A DNA stretch of 64,000 bases from Macrostomum lignano. Its lineage: Eukaryota. The notes under the pieces are model-generated. The model saw only the letters and a program-made list of their open reading frames with translations. It was not told where the DNA came from and did not search any database. The translations under genes were made by a program, and so were the position numbers. Positions 50,903 through 63,700 of this stretch are shown piece by piece. Position 1 is the stretch's first letter. Each line of letters starts with the position of its first letter. The DNA is taken from NCBI GenBank assembly GCA_002269645.1, contig NIVC01002196.1, positions 1 through 64,000 on the forward strand, written 5' to 3'.

Positions 50903-51535
50903 GTTTAATGGTCCTGAAAACGAGGACCATTAAACTTATATTGGTCCTCGATTTGAGGACCATTAAATATATTTTTAGAACAAACATCAGTTAGCAGGTG
51001 ATTTAGCAATTGGGGATAACAGTGAACGTGAATAGTGCATGTAGCAGACAATCACACAGGTCAAATTAACAATTGAACAGATACGCTGAGTAGTCAATAC
51101 ACACATTTTGCAGCCCTATATAGTGTTACATAAAAATGATGGTCACCTTTCCATTCTCCACTTCCACACTTTTCACTCCATTTCCGTGCTGAATGATAGA
51201 CTTGTCTGGCGCATCACCTGGCAGTCTTGTTTCAACGCCAGCAGTGTTGGAGGACGATGGACAGCCTTGCCCTTGCACGACCGCTGATACGAACCGCGTT
51301 GACGTGCTGGAGAGTCCAATGTAGCGCTCCAAGGCGACAGACCTGTGATCGCCTTGAAGAAAGACAGCAGAAGATCTGGCTTGCGCATCAATGATGTCAG
51401 CTTCGTCTTGCAGTTTCTGTCCGAAGAACTCATCCAGGAGGCCAAATTCCAACTCTTGATCCTGCATGCTGTCTTATTAGTCAAATAAAAAAGTAGTTTT
51501 ATTGCGATTGAAGATTCTGCGGGCTTCCCAGACAC
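50903..51535 (-). mobile_element. Second degenerate tyrosine-recombinase (Crypton-like) remnant with downstream double hairpin
   Basis: One frame gives NLASWMS...KLTSLMRK...KAITG and the adjacent frame continues SVALERYIGLSSTSTRFVSAVV...VTIIFM*, together fitting HxxR...ITGHxS...Y with a frameshift. Hairpins at 50903-50935 and 50942-50962. Confidence 0.45.
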
Positions 51536-52489
51536 CCATACTCTACAGCGAGGGTGATCGTATGTCTATGGCATGAAGTAGGGATTCTTGGCGTAGTCTA
51601 AGTTTAAAGATAATAAATTCTTCAGAATACGCTGTCTGTGGCAGAAAGCGTACTGAGGAGTTTATCTTATACAGAAACTACGAGTGATCGTATCGAACTT
51701 CCGAGTGATTCCTTGGTGAAGTGTTTGCGAAAGTAGATAGTCTGTATAGTAAAATCCCCCTAATGTCTGTTCCAACTTTAGGACACATGTAGTTGTACTA
51801 AGTCGAATTGAATGGATATTTGATGTTTCTCAGCTATTTTTCACAGCAATTATCAGACGAGTGACTTGTATGCTTTGTCAGTCGAGCGACTTACGCTTCC
51901 TCTATATCGAGGTCTGTCTCAGAAAGCTAGCTCACTCTCAGCTTTCGATTCAGTCTCAATTTTGAGCTTAACTTGAAACTTAAAGGTCAATTCCTAGGAC
52001 GCAATTTGTGAAACACCCCTGGGATTACTTGCCCAAACCACGCCGTTTATATTAATAGTCCCGTAAATAGCATGGATTGTGCGTAGCTCGTTAAAAGCAC
52101 TTGAACTCCTTATGACAGGGAGCCTAAAACTCATTGGAGACATTGCCTTCCTTTTGCACTTCATCTCGATCTGAACTTTGTCGAGGAAGACGGCTTTGAC
52201 GATGGAGAGGAATACCTAATCTGGTTAATTGCCTTAATTGCCGCAGAAGCTGCAATCCTGTACCGAATTTTGTCTTCTCCAGTAATCCATGGGTGAAGTG
52301 CTACAGGAATTCGTAAGAGTCTATACTGCTCTTTGCACTGTCATTAGAAAAATTAACTCAAAGACACCTGTTTAACGTGGAATGATTGTGCTATGAAAAC
52401 CGCTTAATGGCATGACAATCTTGACCATGAAACGGTAAAACAGCACTCCTAAAGACTCCTATAGGAACTTGCTACAAGCAGTGCGTTAC

Positions 52490-52750
52490 ATAAACTGGCC
52501 GGCGGTTGTCGTGCGATTCACAGCCATGAAGGTCAACCCAAATGGTACAGGGTGTACATGCCTGACGATTAGAAAGTCAGGGCTGCTGTACACCCTGTGT
52601 GAGCGTGTGCATGAGTGCGTGCCTGCGTACAGTATCCACGCTCTTGTACGTGCTCAGCAGAGTCAGCGGAATGGGCAGAACTGCCTCAGCACTAGCTGTG
52701 GGACGATATCGCTGAAGACGTAGCGCCAGGATGCCCAACAGACCTCTTAT
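52490..52750 (+). mobile_element. Diverged, headless relative of the 38.3/39.5 kb SINE body
   Basis: Colinear blocks shared with the SINE: gtgtacatgcct.acgat, ggg c.gctgtacac.ctgtgtgag, gcctgcgtac.gtatcc.cgc.cttgta, gagtc.gcggaatgggcag and gcgccagg.tgc. Confidence 0.6.
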
Positions 52751-54099
52751 CCTGTGCATCTTCACACCATCGTATTTATTTCAATCGATTGATCCAGACA
52801 TCAATATCAATACTCAGTTTAATACATTCCCTAGGCAGTGAGTGTCTTTTGTACACTGTGGCTACACTAAGGATCCCCGTTCATATTTTCAAAATGCCCA
52901 TAGGCTCCAATCAATCCCTTTGATCTCTCTCAAGGCAAGCTATACTAAACAGCTAATTATCGTTTCCGATTGTAATTATGTGCATGCACACTTTTTGCAG
53001 GGCCGCGTCTTGTCCAAAATTTATAGGCATGTTTTATCAATGGCCGACTCCTTCCCAAATGGGTAAATCTCCTCTCTTTAAATGGATTATGCGTTTGGAC
53101 TCCAATTTTATCTTTGATGGAGACACTGTCAATTCTCGATCGGATTTAGATTAGAAATTCTATTTCAGCACCACCATCGGGCCTATAGCTACTCTTACGT
53201 CAATCCCGCGCCTCACTCAGCTGCTCTTACTTCTTTCGGCCCTTTGACGGACAGGCCCAGTAAATTCTTAATGAGATGGACAGGCAAAAATCTCTGCTGG
53301 CTCTCTGTGGAATCGGAGATTAAAAAGTCGGAGAAGGGAAGATATGCTCGCCCGACTCGCATCCGGGATGCCAGCATAGGGCCCGACTGCCCCAAGGGAG
53401 AAGCCGTACGAAGCCAGTCTGCACTTTCAGTCATCTTCCTCGGAAACACATTTATTAGATAACATGTCAACATGAGCAACGGCTCAGACCGACGGCTTCG
53501 GGAATCAGTCCTTTTTACCACTTGATTTTTTCGGGTCAAAAATAAGATCGGGCATCGCTGCAACATTCACAATAAGATATGGGCGCAGCAGCATTGCCTG
53601 ATGACTCGGGCTAAACGCTCGTTAAAATTGTCACTAAATGAAAATAAAATTTCACACGACTGCTGTTATGCAATGACAAAGCTGCAAGATACTCGCCAAA
53701 TACTTAGTATAGCATCTGTATTTGATAGAATATAGCTTGACGTGTATAAACTAGTGACAACGCCTACTGCCACGGGCAAGATAGAGAGGTGCAATATTAA
53801 TTAAATACGCGCTTGTTTATATTAAAAGGTTTTTACGTAACGAGGACACATAGTACATGTGCATGTAAAGTCGATAAAACTGCAACGCTAAGTTCAGAAG
53901 TTGGTTCACTTAAAGCAGACTGTACGTAAACAGTGTGGAATGCGTTCGCACAAACCAAAGGCAGGCACAACACAGAGTGATAAATTCAGATAAAGTGCAT
54001 CGTATTATTGCGATACTCTGTTGAACAGGATTATGAAATCGGTATTAAACTGAATGTCCAGAGTTTAACTCATGCTTTCGAACGATCAAGCGTCCAGGT

Positions 54100-54535
54100 T
54101 CCAAGTAGCCCCAAGCAGCCCCAACCATCCAGGCCCCTAGCCCCAAGTAGCCCCAACCATCCAGATCCCAAGCAGCCCCAAGCAGCCTTAACCATCCAGG
54201 CCCCAAGCAGCCCAACCATCAAGGTCCCGAGCAGCCCCAACCATCAAGGTCCCGAGCAAGGACCACTAGGAACACTTCGTTATCTAGTCTAGTAGTCCTT
54301 TGTCTCAAGCAGCCCAACCATCAAGGCCCCGAGCAGCCCCAACCATCCAGGCCCCAAGCAGCCCAACCATCAAGGTCCCGAGCAGCCCCAACCATCAAGG
54401 CCCCAAGCAGCCCCAACCATCAAGGCCCCAAGCAGCCCCAACCATCCAGGCCCCAAGCAGCCCAACCATCAAGGTCCCGAGCAGCCCCAACCATCCAGGC
54501 CCCAAGCACCCCAACCATCCAGGCCCCAAGCAGGC
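54100..54535. repeat. 25-26-bp minisatellite (CCAACCATCCAGGCCCCAAGCAGCC)n beyond the GPCR stop
   Basis: Two blocks separated by about 40 bp. Confidence 0.9.
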
Positions 54536-54567
54536 CAGATCGCAGCTTATTAACACTGCACAGGCCG

Positions 54568-57500
54568 CTAGAATGCCCAGTCGGCCGCAACGGCAGACGA
54601 CGTAGAGCAGCCGCTGTGGTCCAAGCTGCAATGAAAATCGTTTCGCACCAGCCGCAGCACCCTGGACCCGCTCTCAGCAACTGGCGGCCTTCTGTCTCCC
54701 TCCGAGGCGAGGCCATCCGACCGATCCTCCTGTTGATCCTTGCGCGACGCCCCCATCGGCGTCTCGTCCGAGCCGCATCTGGCGGCACGGCGCTCGCGGC
54801 GTCGGCGACTCCGCTGCTGCCAGCCTGGCGGCACGTAGACTCCGTGATGCGGGCAGAAACTCGCGCCGCTGCAGTCGTCGAAGTCCAATTCGTCAAAGTC
54901 TTTGTTGGCGGCAGCTTCTCGACGGGCGCGGCGAGCAGCAGCGATTGCAGCGGCCGTGTTCAGCTCGACGGCGACTCCTTCGAGGTCCGGCTCCGACTTT
55001 GGTACCATCTGCTTGAGGCAACTGCGGCACTGCCGGGTGAACATGCCTGCGGTCGGAGGGTGTCAACATTTCGATCTCTCCTCACGGTTCCCATTCCGGA
55101 ATTTACTGCCTCTCAAAAGATCTCCGAATATCATTTGAGATCCCCACAGATCTTTAAGGTCCCAAGAGCCCAATGAGACTCAAAGGATCCCAAGAGATTC
55201 CAAGAAATCCCAAAAAATCCTAAAGGATCCCAAGAGACCCCAAAGGATCCCAAGAGACCCCAAAGGACCCCAAGAGATCCCAAAGGATCATAAGAGATCC
55301 GAAAGGATCATAAAAGACCCCAGAAAATTTCAAAAGATCTCAAAGGATCTCAAGAGATTCCAAAGGATCTCAAGAGATCCCAAAAGATTCCAAAGGATCC
55401 TAAGAGATACCAAGAGATCTCAAAAGATCTCAAAAGATGATTATGATCCCAAAGGATCATAAGAGATCCGAAGATGCCCAAGATATCAAAAGAGACCAAA
55501 GAGATCCCAAGAGACCAAAGAGATCCCAAGAGATCCCAAGAGATCAAAGAGATCCCAAGAGACCCAAGAGACCCCAAGATGCCCGTTGCGATCCCCGGAA
55601 TCCTTCGAGATCTTTTGCGAATCCCGCAGATCCCCCATTGTCTCTCGAGATCTCCGATATCCCCTAGAGATCTGGAAATCCCTCGAGACTCCGAGACCCC
55701 CAAGACACCTCATGACTCAGACAATAAGCCCTTGTCATGACTCCAAGACAGCTTTAGATTTTGCAGTAAGGGAATAAAGATAACATAAACAATATCGTCT
55801 CCATTAGCCGGAGACCTACCGTAGATCATCGGGTTCACGCAGGAGTTGGTGAAGGCGAAGGTCAAACAGAGATAGACAACATCAGTTTCCGATGACTTAC
55901 TGAAACGAGAATTGCCGGTCGGTGAAAGTGACAGACTTGCACTTTTATAAATTAATAATTGAAGGCTTCTCTTACTGTTTGCTGCCCTCTGGCAAGAACG
56001 TCATGGCCAAAGTGACAAACCAGTAGGGCGCCCAGCAGAGCAGGAAGGCGAGAACTGAAAAAACATTGAATTTATATTCAGATATTCGATATCCTTGTAC
56101 TCTAGTTGATAGCCGCTCCAAATCCTCTGGCACATCTGCGCTTCCTCTTAAAGACTTTTCCGTAATTTGTCTGTCATTTAACTCAAATTTAGCTAGCGGC
56201 TGCTTCCTCTGCTCTGCCTCTCCCTATTCCCTTTTTCTCAAATCCGTTTTTGATCTCAAGTTCTGATAAGTGATTGCCTGATATGCCGCACTCTGCATCT
56301 CTTCTACCTGCTTCCTCATTTCCTGTTAATCCTATTTGCGTCATTTTTCCCGATGTCATTGCTTTTTGTTCCTATTTTCTGTGCAGTATATTTTTATCTT
56401 TAACAAAACATCTATCGAATTGATTTCTGCTCTATCCTGTAAAATAATAAAACAGTCTCTCTTGCTCCGAAGTATAGAAGGCCGCTACAACTCGATTTTC
56501 CTAGAAATGAACTGGAAGCCGTTATTTGTCGAATTCATTTGTCAGAATGCACTCAGTATGCGATCTACTAGAGAATGCACAGCGCTGAATTGCCATAGAC
56601 AAATTCGTTCGAGAGAAAGAAACCGATTTCTCCACAAATATACGAGCGAGTGCCTTCCTCCCTGGCCTGTGGTTCATTTCTAAGAAAAATCGACTGTTTA
56701 TCGTCCTGATCTACGTAGGTGTGCAACCGACAGCTCATCTGAAGGCTGCGTACGGCTGTTCAGTCTAAGGACTGGGGGTCGCCACACACACCCTCAATTA
56801 CCCCAGCTAATGCTGGCACCCATTTTACAGCTGGGTGAACTGAAGCAATGCAGAGTTAAGTGTCTTGCTCAAGGACACAAATTGTTCCGACTCGGTTGAG
56901 AATCGAACCCCCGACCTTTCAGCCGTGAGTACGACGCTCCAACCACTAGGCTGCAAACCTAGCCCATGGTTGATGATATATATTGATACTAATCACTGAT
57001 GAGGACTGCGAGACCAGAGATCCCTTACGGGAATTGGACCTGCCAATGTATAATTTACTGCAGATGATAACGTATTTTACCTTACATTTAATAGCTCAAG
57101 AAGATAGAGACATAATGGAAATTCTAGTAAAATTCATCAAAGACATGACGCAAGCCAGAATCCAACTGGCCTGAGGCTTCATAAATCAGCTTCAATACTC
57201 GGTTTTTGCGCGAGATTTTAACTTGCGTTACGTCGAAAAAATAATAGCATTAAAAATAATAATAGTTAAAACTAATTTCATATTAATAAAATAACTCTGA
57301 CCTGAATTGGCCAAACGGGCTGTTTACCTGAGCCAGTTTCCTCACTAGGAAAGCAATGAGGTCAGACGATGAAGATTAAAGAAAGATTTTCTCTTTGATC
57401 TCACGGCTACACCCCTGGCTATTCTCTCTGAGAGCGAGCAGGTCTGGCAAGAGCTGATGGTAGTTGGAGTCGAGAGGAAGGGACTCCCGGCGGAGGCACT

Positions 57501-60500
57501 AGTCCCGATTAGATAGACAGACAGTACGTACACGGGAATTTCGATAGCGTTCCATCTTTCATTGAAATTTAGAAAATTTAATTAGGTAATATATTGCAAT
57601 TCAACGTCTAATGACTCGCGTACCAAATGGATTTGCACATTGGTAGCTTCGATCATGGGACTTAATGACCTAATTAGTGTTCATAAGAAGCAGGCACTTC
57701 CTGGTACCGTTTTTGTCAATGAGACGATATTTTTTCGACAATTTACGTAGAAACAAGTTAATCCGAAAGAGGCCACTGGCCGCTGGTGCGTGTCTACGTA
57801 AAGTGAAGTCTTTAGATGCTGATTGATGAGTCGTATAGTCTCTCTCTCCCCTCCCCCCTCTTGTTGGCGGCTCACCGATGGTGACGGTCATGCGCAGCGT
57901 GCTCCTCCTGGCCGAGTCGATGTTGCGCGGGTCGTCGCACCGTCTGGCCGCGATGGCTGTCGGGTTGAGAGCGCCAGCAGCCACCACAGTCTGGTTCAGC
58001 CTGGCGGAGTCCGCCGACTCAGCCTGAGAATGCCACTGCTGATGACAGATGCAGTGCTCTGCAATGCGTATCATAGTAGGCCGAGCCTACTCTTTACTTG
58101 GTTACTCCTGTTTTAGTACTGATGGTCACTTAAAATATTTGACATGGATTGAGCTGCAATCTGCACTCTGAATTATCTTTGGCTGGGCCACCGGCCCTCC
58201 CAGATCCTCAGACTGATCGACTGGTACCTTCCCAGATCCTCAGACTGATCCACCGGTACCTTCCCAAATCCTCAGACTGATCCACCGGTACCTTCCCAGA
58301 TCCTCAGACTGATCCACCGGTACCTTCCCAGATCCTCAGACTGATCCACCGGTACCTTCCCAGATCTTTCTGCTATCTACGACGTCGCCGAAGGGTTAGG
58401 TCGAGACCCCCAGCAGAAGCTCCTGACCGTGGATAACTACTGTAGCTGGTGTTAGACAGCTAATTAATTTAGTTCATTCACTCGTGTACATATGAATTCG
58501 AAGGATGCTACACTCGATTTTCCTAGAAATGAGCTGGAGTTCAGTAAGGTGCGTATGTTTGTCCGATCGCTCTGGCGAATGCATAGCGCTGAATGGGGCT
58601 TCGCCATCGACAAAGGAGAAAATCTTGTGTAGCGTCATTCATACCTGCAGTCAGCTGGGAGGCAAGCAAAGCTCTGCACTCATTCTTATTCCGTCAACCC
58701 CGAGCATGCAAATGGATCCGTGCGATGGTACATGTACATACTCACACAGGGTGTACAGCAGTCCTGAGCTTCGTCGCCAATAAGACACTCACCGTGGTGC
58801 TCCCGGCTTTTGTTGTTAAGAACGCAGAAGATTCTGGAGTAGCACCAGGTGATGGTGGCCAGCGGGAGGCCGTACATCATGAAGAAGGCGAACAAGTTGT
58901 AACACCGTCGCTTGAAAACCGCGCTTCCCGTCTGCTGCTCGGCCACGAATTTCTCCAGACAGACCATGTTGTATTCGTGAAAGAAATTGCTCTCGTACAC
59001 GTCGAATACCGCAGCCTGTGAAAGTGTTGTGCAGAGTCTGAGTGTGAGAGTGTGTGTTTGAGGATACCGTCAGGTGATGAGAATGTGTGTTTGAGGATAC
59101 TGTCAGGTGGTGAGAATGTGTGTTTGAGGATACCGTCAGGTGATGAGAATGTGTGTTTGAGGATACTGTCAGGTGCTGAGAATGTGTGTTTGAGGATACC
59201 GTCAGGTGATGAGAATGTGTGTTTGAGGATACTGTCAGGTGATGAGAATGTGTGTTTGAGGATACTGTCAGGTGATGAGAATGTGTGTTTGAGGATACTG
59301 TCAGGTGATGAGAATGTGTGTTTGAGGAAACTGTCAGGTGATGAGAATGTGTGTTTGAGGATACGGTCAGGTGAGAATGTGTGTTTGAGGATACCGTCAG
59401 GTGATGAGAATGTGTGTTTGAGGATACTGTCAGGTGAGAATGTGTGTTTGAGGATACTGTCAGGTGAGAATGTGTGTTTGAGGATACGGTCAGGTGAGAA
59501 TGTGTGTTTGAGGATACTGTCAGGTGAGAATGTGTGTTTGAGGATACTGTCAGGTGAGAATGTGTGTTTGAGGATACGGTCAGGTGAGAATGTGTGTTTG
59601 AGGATACTGTCAGGTGAGAATGTGTGTTTGAGGATACTGTCAGGTGAGAATGTGTGTTTGAGGATACTGTCAGGTGAGAATGTGTGTTTGAGGATACGGT
59701 CAGGTGAGAATGTGTGTTTGAGGATACTGTCAGGTGAGAATGTGTGTTTGAGGATACGGTCAGGTGAGAATGTGTGTTTGAGGATACTGTCAGGTGAGAA
59801 TGTGTGTTTGAGGATACTGTCAGGTGAGAATGTGTGTTTGAGGATACTGTCAGGTGAGAATGTGTGTTTGAGGATACGGTCAGGTGAGAATGTGTGTTTG
59901 AGGATACTGTCAGGTGAGAATGTGTGTTTGAGGATACTGTCAGGTGAGAATGTGTGTTTCACGATACCGTCTTGCAGCCACGCCCCTCAGAGGCGCAGTG
60001 ATAACTAGCTCCTGTAGTCAATAATTTCGTGCATGCCATGGGATTCATCTGGATTGTTGCGTGATGCCAATTGTCAGTGCCAATCAGTGTGGGAAACAAG
60101 CTCAGATGTGTGGCCGTAACTTAAGTCAGCCACTGTCTGAGTAATACGAGAAGTCACGAGAAGGCAAAAAAATGTCTGGCGTAGATTTGATAAAACAGAC
60201 GGAGAAAGATGAGGCTTAGCAAAATCTTGCTAATCAAGCTTCCGTCACCAACTGGATTTCGAGATTTGGGCGCATTAGCAGTTTGGTTTGAAAAGTTTTT
60301 GCGAGTTTTGCAAGAAATTCGCTTTCAATTAACTCTTTTCTACAGTAGCTGTCAGCTTAATCCCCAACTTTTATCAGCTTTTCCTCTTCTCTTCTCCCGG
60401 AAGTCTCGGTCCATTAGGAAAATCCTTAATTCTTTGCTGAACCTCTTTCTAAGAAAGAGTAGGACGTATTGAAAAGTAAAAATTTCTTTGATTGAAAAGC

Positions 60501-63113
60501 TCGACTGGTGGGCAGAGCGAGGCCACGCCCAGAGGTGACATTGTCAGAGAGTTTGATACTCGAGTGCATGGTGGTGTCTCCGCCTCTGTGGACCCGTTCG
60601 CCGCTAGCTTCGGTTAAGCTGCTCACGGCCTAAGCCGTCTAGGGAGATGGGATTACTGCCGGCGGGAGGGGGTGGCAGCTGCTACTCAATGCCTCTTATC
60701 CCTCAAATTATTAGCAGCATACTTAAAGCGGATGCTCAAAGGCCAACATTCTCTGCTTGAGTTAAGGTATTCCGGTTTTCGAAAATTCCCCTTTGTGTTG
60801 AATTGAAGGCAGCTGCACCGCAGGTGCGAGTTTTTGAACTTTTGCAAGGTGAATGGCGTCTGTGTTGAAAAGGGGAGTGAAGATATTAAAAATGGTGAAG
60901 GCTGTGGTGATCTGAAAGTTTTGATTGTGAATGCGTACAGTTGATGGCGTGAATTCTGACAATGATGTACATTCTGATGGAGTGAACGCTGACACAGTGT
61001 TGTACATTCTGATGGCGTGAATGCTGACACAGTGTTGTACATTCTGATGGCGTGAATGCTGACACAGTGATGTACATTCTGATGGCGTGAATGCTGACAC
61101 AGTGATGTACATTCTGATGGCGTGAATGCTGAAGCTAATTAACACTGAGCTGACGTGACTGACACGCAGCCATGAATGCCGCACCTGAGGCAGACTGCAG
61201 ACCAGCGAGATGATCACGGATGCTGCCAGCATCAGGCGAGCCCTCCGCAGGCTGGTCCTGACGCTCTGCGGTCTAGCCGTCACAGCGGTGTACCTGTCCA
61301 CCGCGATCGAGGTGACAATAAACGAGGACAGGTACAGACCGAAGGTGGACACCACTCGGTACAGTTTGCACAGCTCCGAGCCGCCGTACCAGGTTCGCGT
61401 CGCCAAGGTGAACAGCTCGACCAGCGGCGTGATCAACACGGCCAGGTCTGACAGGCACAGGTACACCAGGAAATGGTTCACACGACCCCAGCGCCTGCAG
61501 TTTGTGTACAGCGTGCCAAACACCGTCAAGTTGCCGACGAGAGACAGCAGCAGGACAGCCAGAAGGAAGGTGAACGCCACCGGATGAAACGGCAGGAACT
61601 CCACCAAGCAGCTGGTGCTGCGGTTGGGCCCGGCAGTCAGGGTGAGGACCCTGTCGGTGTGCTCGGGCCGGTATCTGTAGGGCAGCGACTGGTTGGGGGA
61701 GCCAAGCGAATCGGCCAGGTCGCTCCACACCGAATAGCAGCTGCGGTGCTGGCTAGAGGCTCTGGGCTCGGCCGGGGACTCGCCAGCCTCGGCAAGGTGC
61801 ACGGACACTGCCGGTTGCTGCGGGGCCTGTGGGATCGATTGGTGAGGGTTCGGACTGCCTGGTTTAGTTGGCTCATTGTAACACTGGTCTATTTTGTTGG
61901 GACTGTGGGGGATGTCTGTGGGGCAGCTGGGGTTGCTGGTGAGAGTGGGGATGGCTGTGGGGCAGATGGAGTTGCGGGTGAGAGTGGGGGATGGCTGTGG
62001 GGCAGCTGGGGTTGCGGGTGAGAGTGGGGATGGCTGTGGGGCAGCTGGGGTTGCGGGTGAGAGTGGGGATGGCTGTGGGGCAGATGGGGTTGCGGGTGAG
62101 AGTGAGGGATGGCTATGGGGCAGATGGGGTTGCGAGTGAGAGTGGGGGATGGCTGTGGGGCAGCTGGGGTTGCGGGTGAGAGTGGGGATGGCTATGGGGC
62201 AGATGGGGTTGCGAGTGAGAGTGGGGGATGGCTGTGGGGCAGCTGGGGTTGCGGGTGAGAGTGGGGATGGCTGTGGGGCAGATGGGGTTGCGGGTGAGAG
62301 TGGGGATGGCTGTGGGGCAGATGGGGTTGCGGGTGAGAGTGGGGGATGTCTGTGGGGCAGCTGGGGTTGCGGGTGAGAGTGGGGATGGCTGTGGGGCAGA
62401 TGGGGTTGCGGGTGAGAGTGGGGATGGCTGTGGGGCAGATGGGGTTGCGGGTGAGAGTGGGGATGGCTGTGGGGCAGATGGGGTTGCGGGTGAGAGTGGG
62501 GATGGCTGTGGGGCAGATGGGGTTGCGGGTGAGAGTGGGGGATGTCTGTGGGGCAGATGGGGTTGCGGGTGAGAGTGGGGGATGGCTGTGGGGCAGATGG
62601 GGTTGCGGGTGAGAGTGGGGATGGCTGTGGGGCAGCTGCAGCTGGGGTTGCGGGTGAGAGTGGGGATGGCTGTGGGGCAGATGGGGTTTCGGGTGAGAGT
62701 GGGGGATGGCTGTGGGGCAGTTGGGGCTGCTGTCTGGATTTTTGATGAAACTGAACAATTAGAGTTGTTGCACTATGGGTCAACAGAAGTTCCTGACCTC
62801 GCACATTCGTATCTCATTGCTCTGTCCTTTTTATTTGCGTTAGAATTCATACAATTAATCATGTTGAATTTACCTGGCTAGGAAAAGGTACCCTGTCAAT
62901 AGTGTTATTCTGAAAAACTTTGCGAGCATGGAGGAGCTTAAATCCCACAGGAGGAGCAGCTGTTGCAGAGACGTTTTTGCAACAGAGACACCGGATAGGC
63001 AAGGTGCCAGCCGAACACGAGAGGAGAAGCAGTGCTCGGCAGTGAGACGGAGTGGGCAGTGGGACCTTTTTCAGGGCACATAATCCGTCGTTGCCATGGC
63101 GACACCAGCCCAT
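54568..63113 (-). CDS. GnRH/AKH/corazonin-type neuropeptide GPCR (exons: 62874-63113 tentative, 61185-61826, 58793-59015, 57876-58058, 55976-56054, 55820-55899, 54568-55046)
   Basis: TM1 GN, TM2 LCLSDL..P.VE, W.GGSELCK, FGLYLSSF...I.VDRY, RRAR.ML, SLPQ, TM5 YGLPL, ARRSTLRMT, TM6 FLLCWAPY and TM7 NSCVNPMIYG. Six GT-AG introns give a continuous frame (641 aa if the first exon is real). The first exon and the 58058 acceptor are less certain. Confidence 0.85.
55140..55715. repeat. Degenerate (GAGATCCCAA/AGGATCCCAA)n array
   Basis: Short-period decayed tandem repeat. Confidence 0.85.
56697..56955 (-). mobile_element. tRNA-headed CORE-type (MIR-like) SINE in a GPCR intron
   Basis: Minus strand: GCCTAGTGGTT (A box), GGTTCGATTCT (B box), then GTCCTTGAGCAAGACACTTAACTC...CAGTTCACCCAGCTGTAAAATGGG, which matches the MIR/CORE consensus pattern. 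Confidence 0.75.
58190..58365. repeat. 32-bp minisatellite (CCTTCCCAGATCCTCAGACTGATCCACCGGTA)n
   Basis: About 5 units. Confidence 0.92.
59045..59962. repeat. 30/33-bp minisatellite (GAGAATGTGTGTTTGAGGATACTGTCAGGT)n
   Basis: About 30 units. Confidence 0.96.
60940..61135. repeat. 35-bp minisatellite (GATGGCGTGAATGCTGACACAGTGTTGTACATTCT)n
   Basis: About 5 units. Confidence 0.9.
61905..62722. repeat. 39-40-bp G-rich minisatellite (GGGGCAGATGGGGTTGCGGGTGAGAGTGGGGATGGCTGT)n
   Basis: About 20 units, each with four G-runs. Confidence 0.95.
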
Positions 63114-63169
63114 CCTCTCTCCCCTAAATCCCAAACTCGAGATTATCCGCTTCCGCAGTCGCCGCAGTA

Positions 63170-63176
<7 letters not shown>

Positions 63177-63213
<37 letters not shown>
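63177..63213. repeat. (AG)n microsatellite upstream of the putative first GPCR exon
   Basis: Dinucleotide run. Confidence 0.95.
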
Positions 63214-63216
<3 letters not shown>

Positions 63217-63437
63217 TCACACCTGGTCGATTCCGCCTTTATCCATCCACCCCGATCCAAGCTGTGTGCATCTTGGCGAGAGCGTAATTAGAAAATATGA
63301 GGAGACTACAAAGGTTGCGGGAAATTAGCTCTGGGATCAGGGGGCAGCCAATAAGGACAGCCTAACTAATCTACAAATTAACTTTTTTCTTCAAGCGGCA
63401 TATAGACTAAATGATGTCAGACGAGGGCGTCTCACGA

Positions 63438-63700
63438 GCTCGAAAGTTCACAAGCTCGAAAGTTCACAGGCTCAAAAGTTCACAAGCTCGAAAGTTCACA
63501 GGCTCAAAAGTTCACAAGCTCGAAAGTTCACAAGCTCGAAGGTTCACAGGCTCAAAAGTTCACAGGCTCGAAAGTTCACAGGCTCGAAAGTTCACAAGTT
63601 CGAAAGTTCACAAGCTCGAAGGTTCACAGGCTCGAAAGTTCACAGATTCGAAAGTTCACAAGCTCGAAAGTTCACAGGTTCGAAAGTTCACAAGCTTGAA
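63438..63700. repeat. 16-bp minisatellite (CGAAAGTTCACAAGCT)n
   Basis: About 16 units. Confidence 0.93.

Noticed and set aside
53213-53566. ORFs of 72-117 aa on both strands
   Set aside because: No recognisable motif or splice partners; cannot be supported without a search.
58877-60008. 361-aa and 318-aa ORFs
   Set aside because: 30/33-bp intronic repeat.
61827-62804. Pro/His-rich N-terminal 300+ aa of the 680-aa ORF as part of the GPCR
   Set aside because: It is a 39-bp G-rich minisatellite bounded by plausible splice sites (62873 donor, 61827 acceptor) and is treated as intron.
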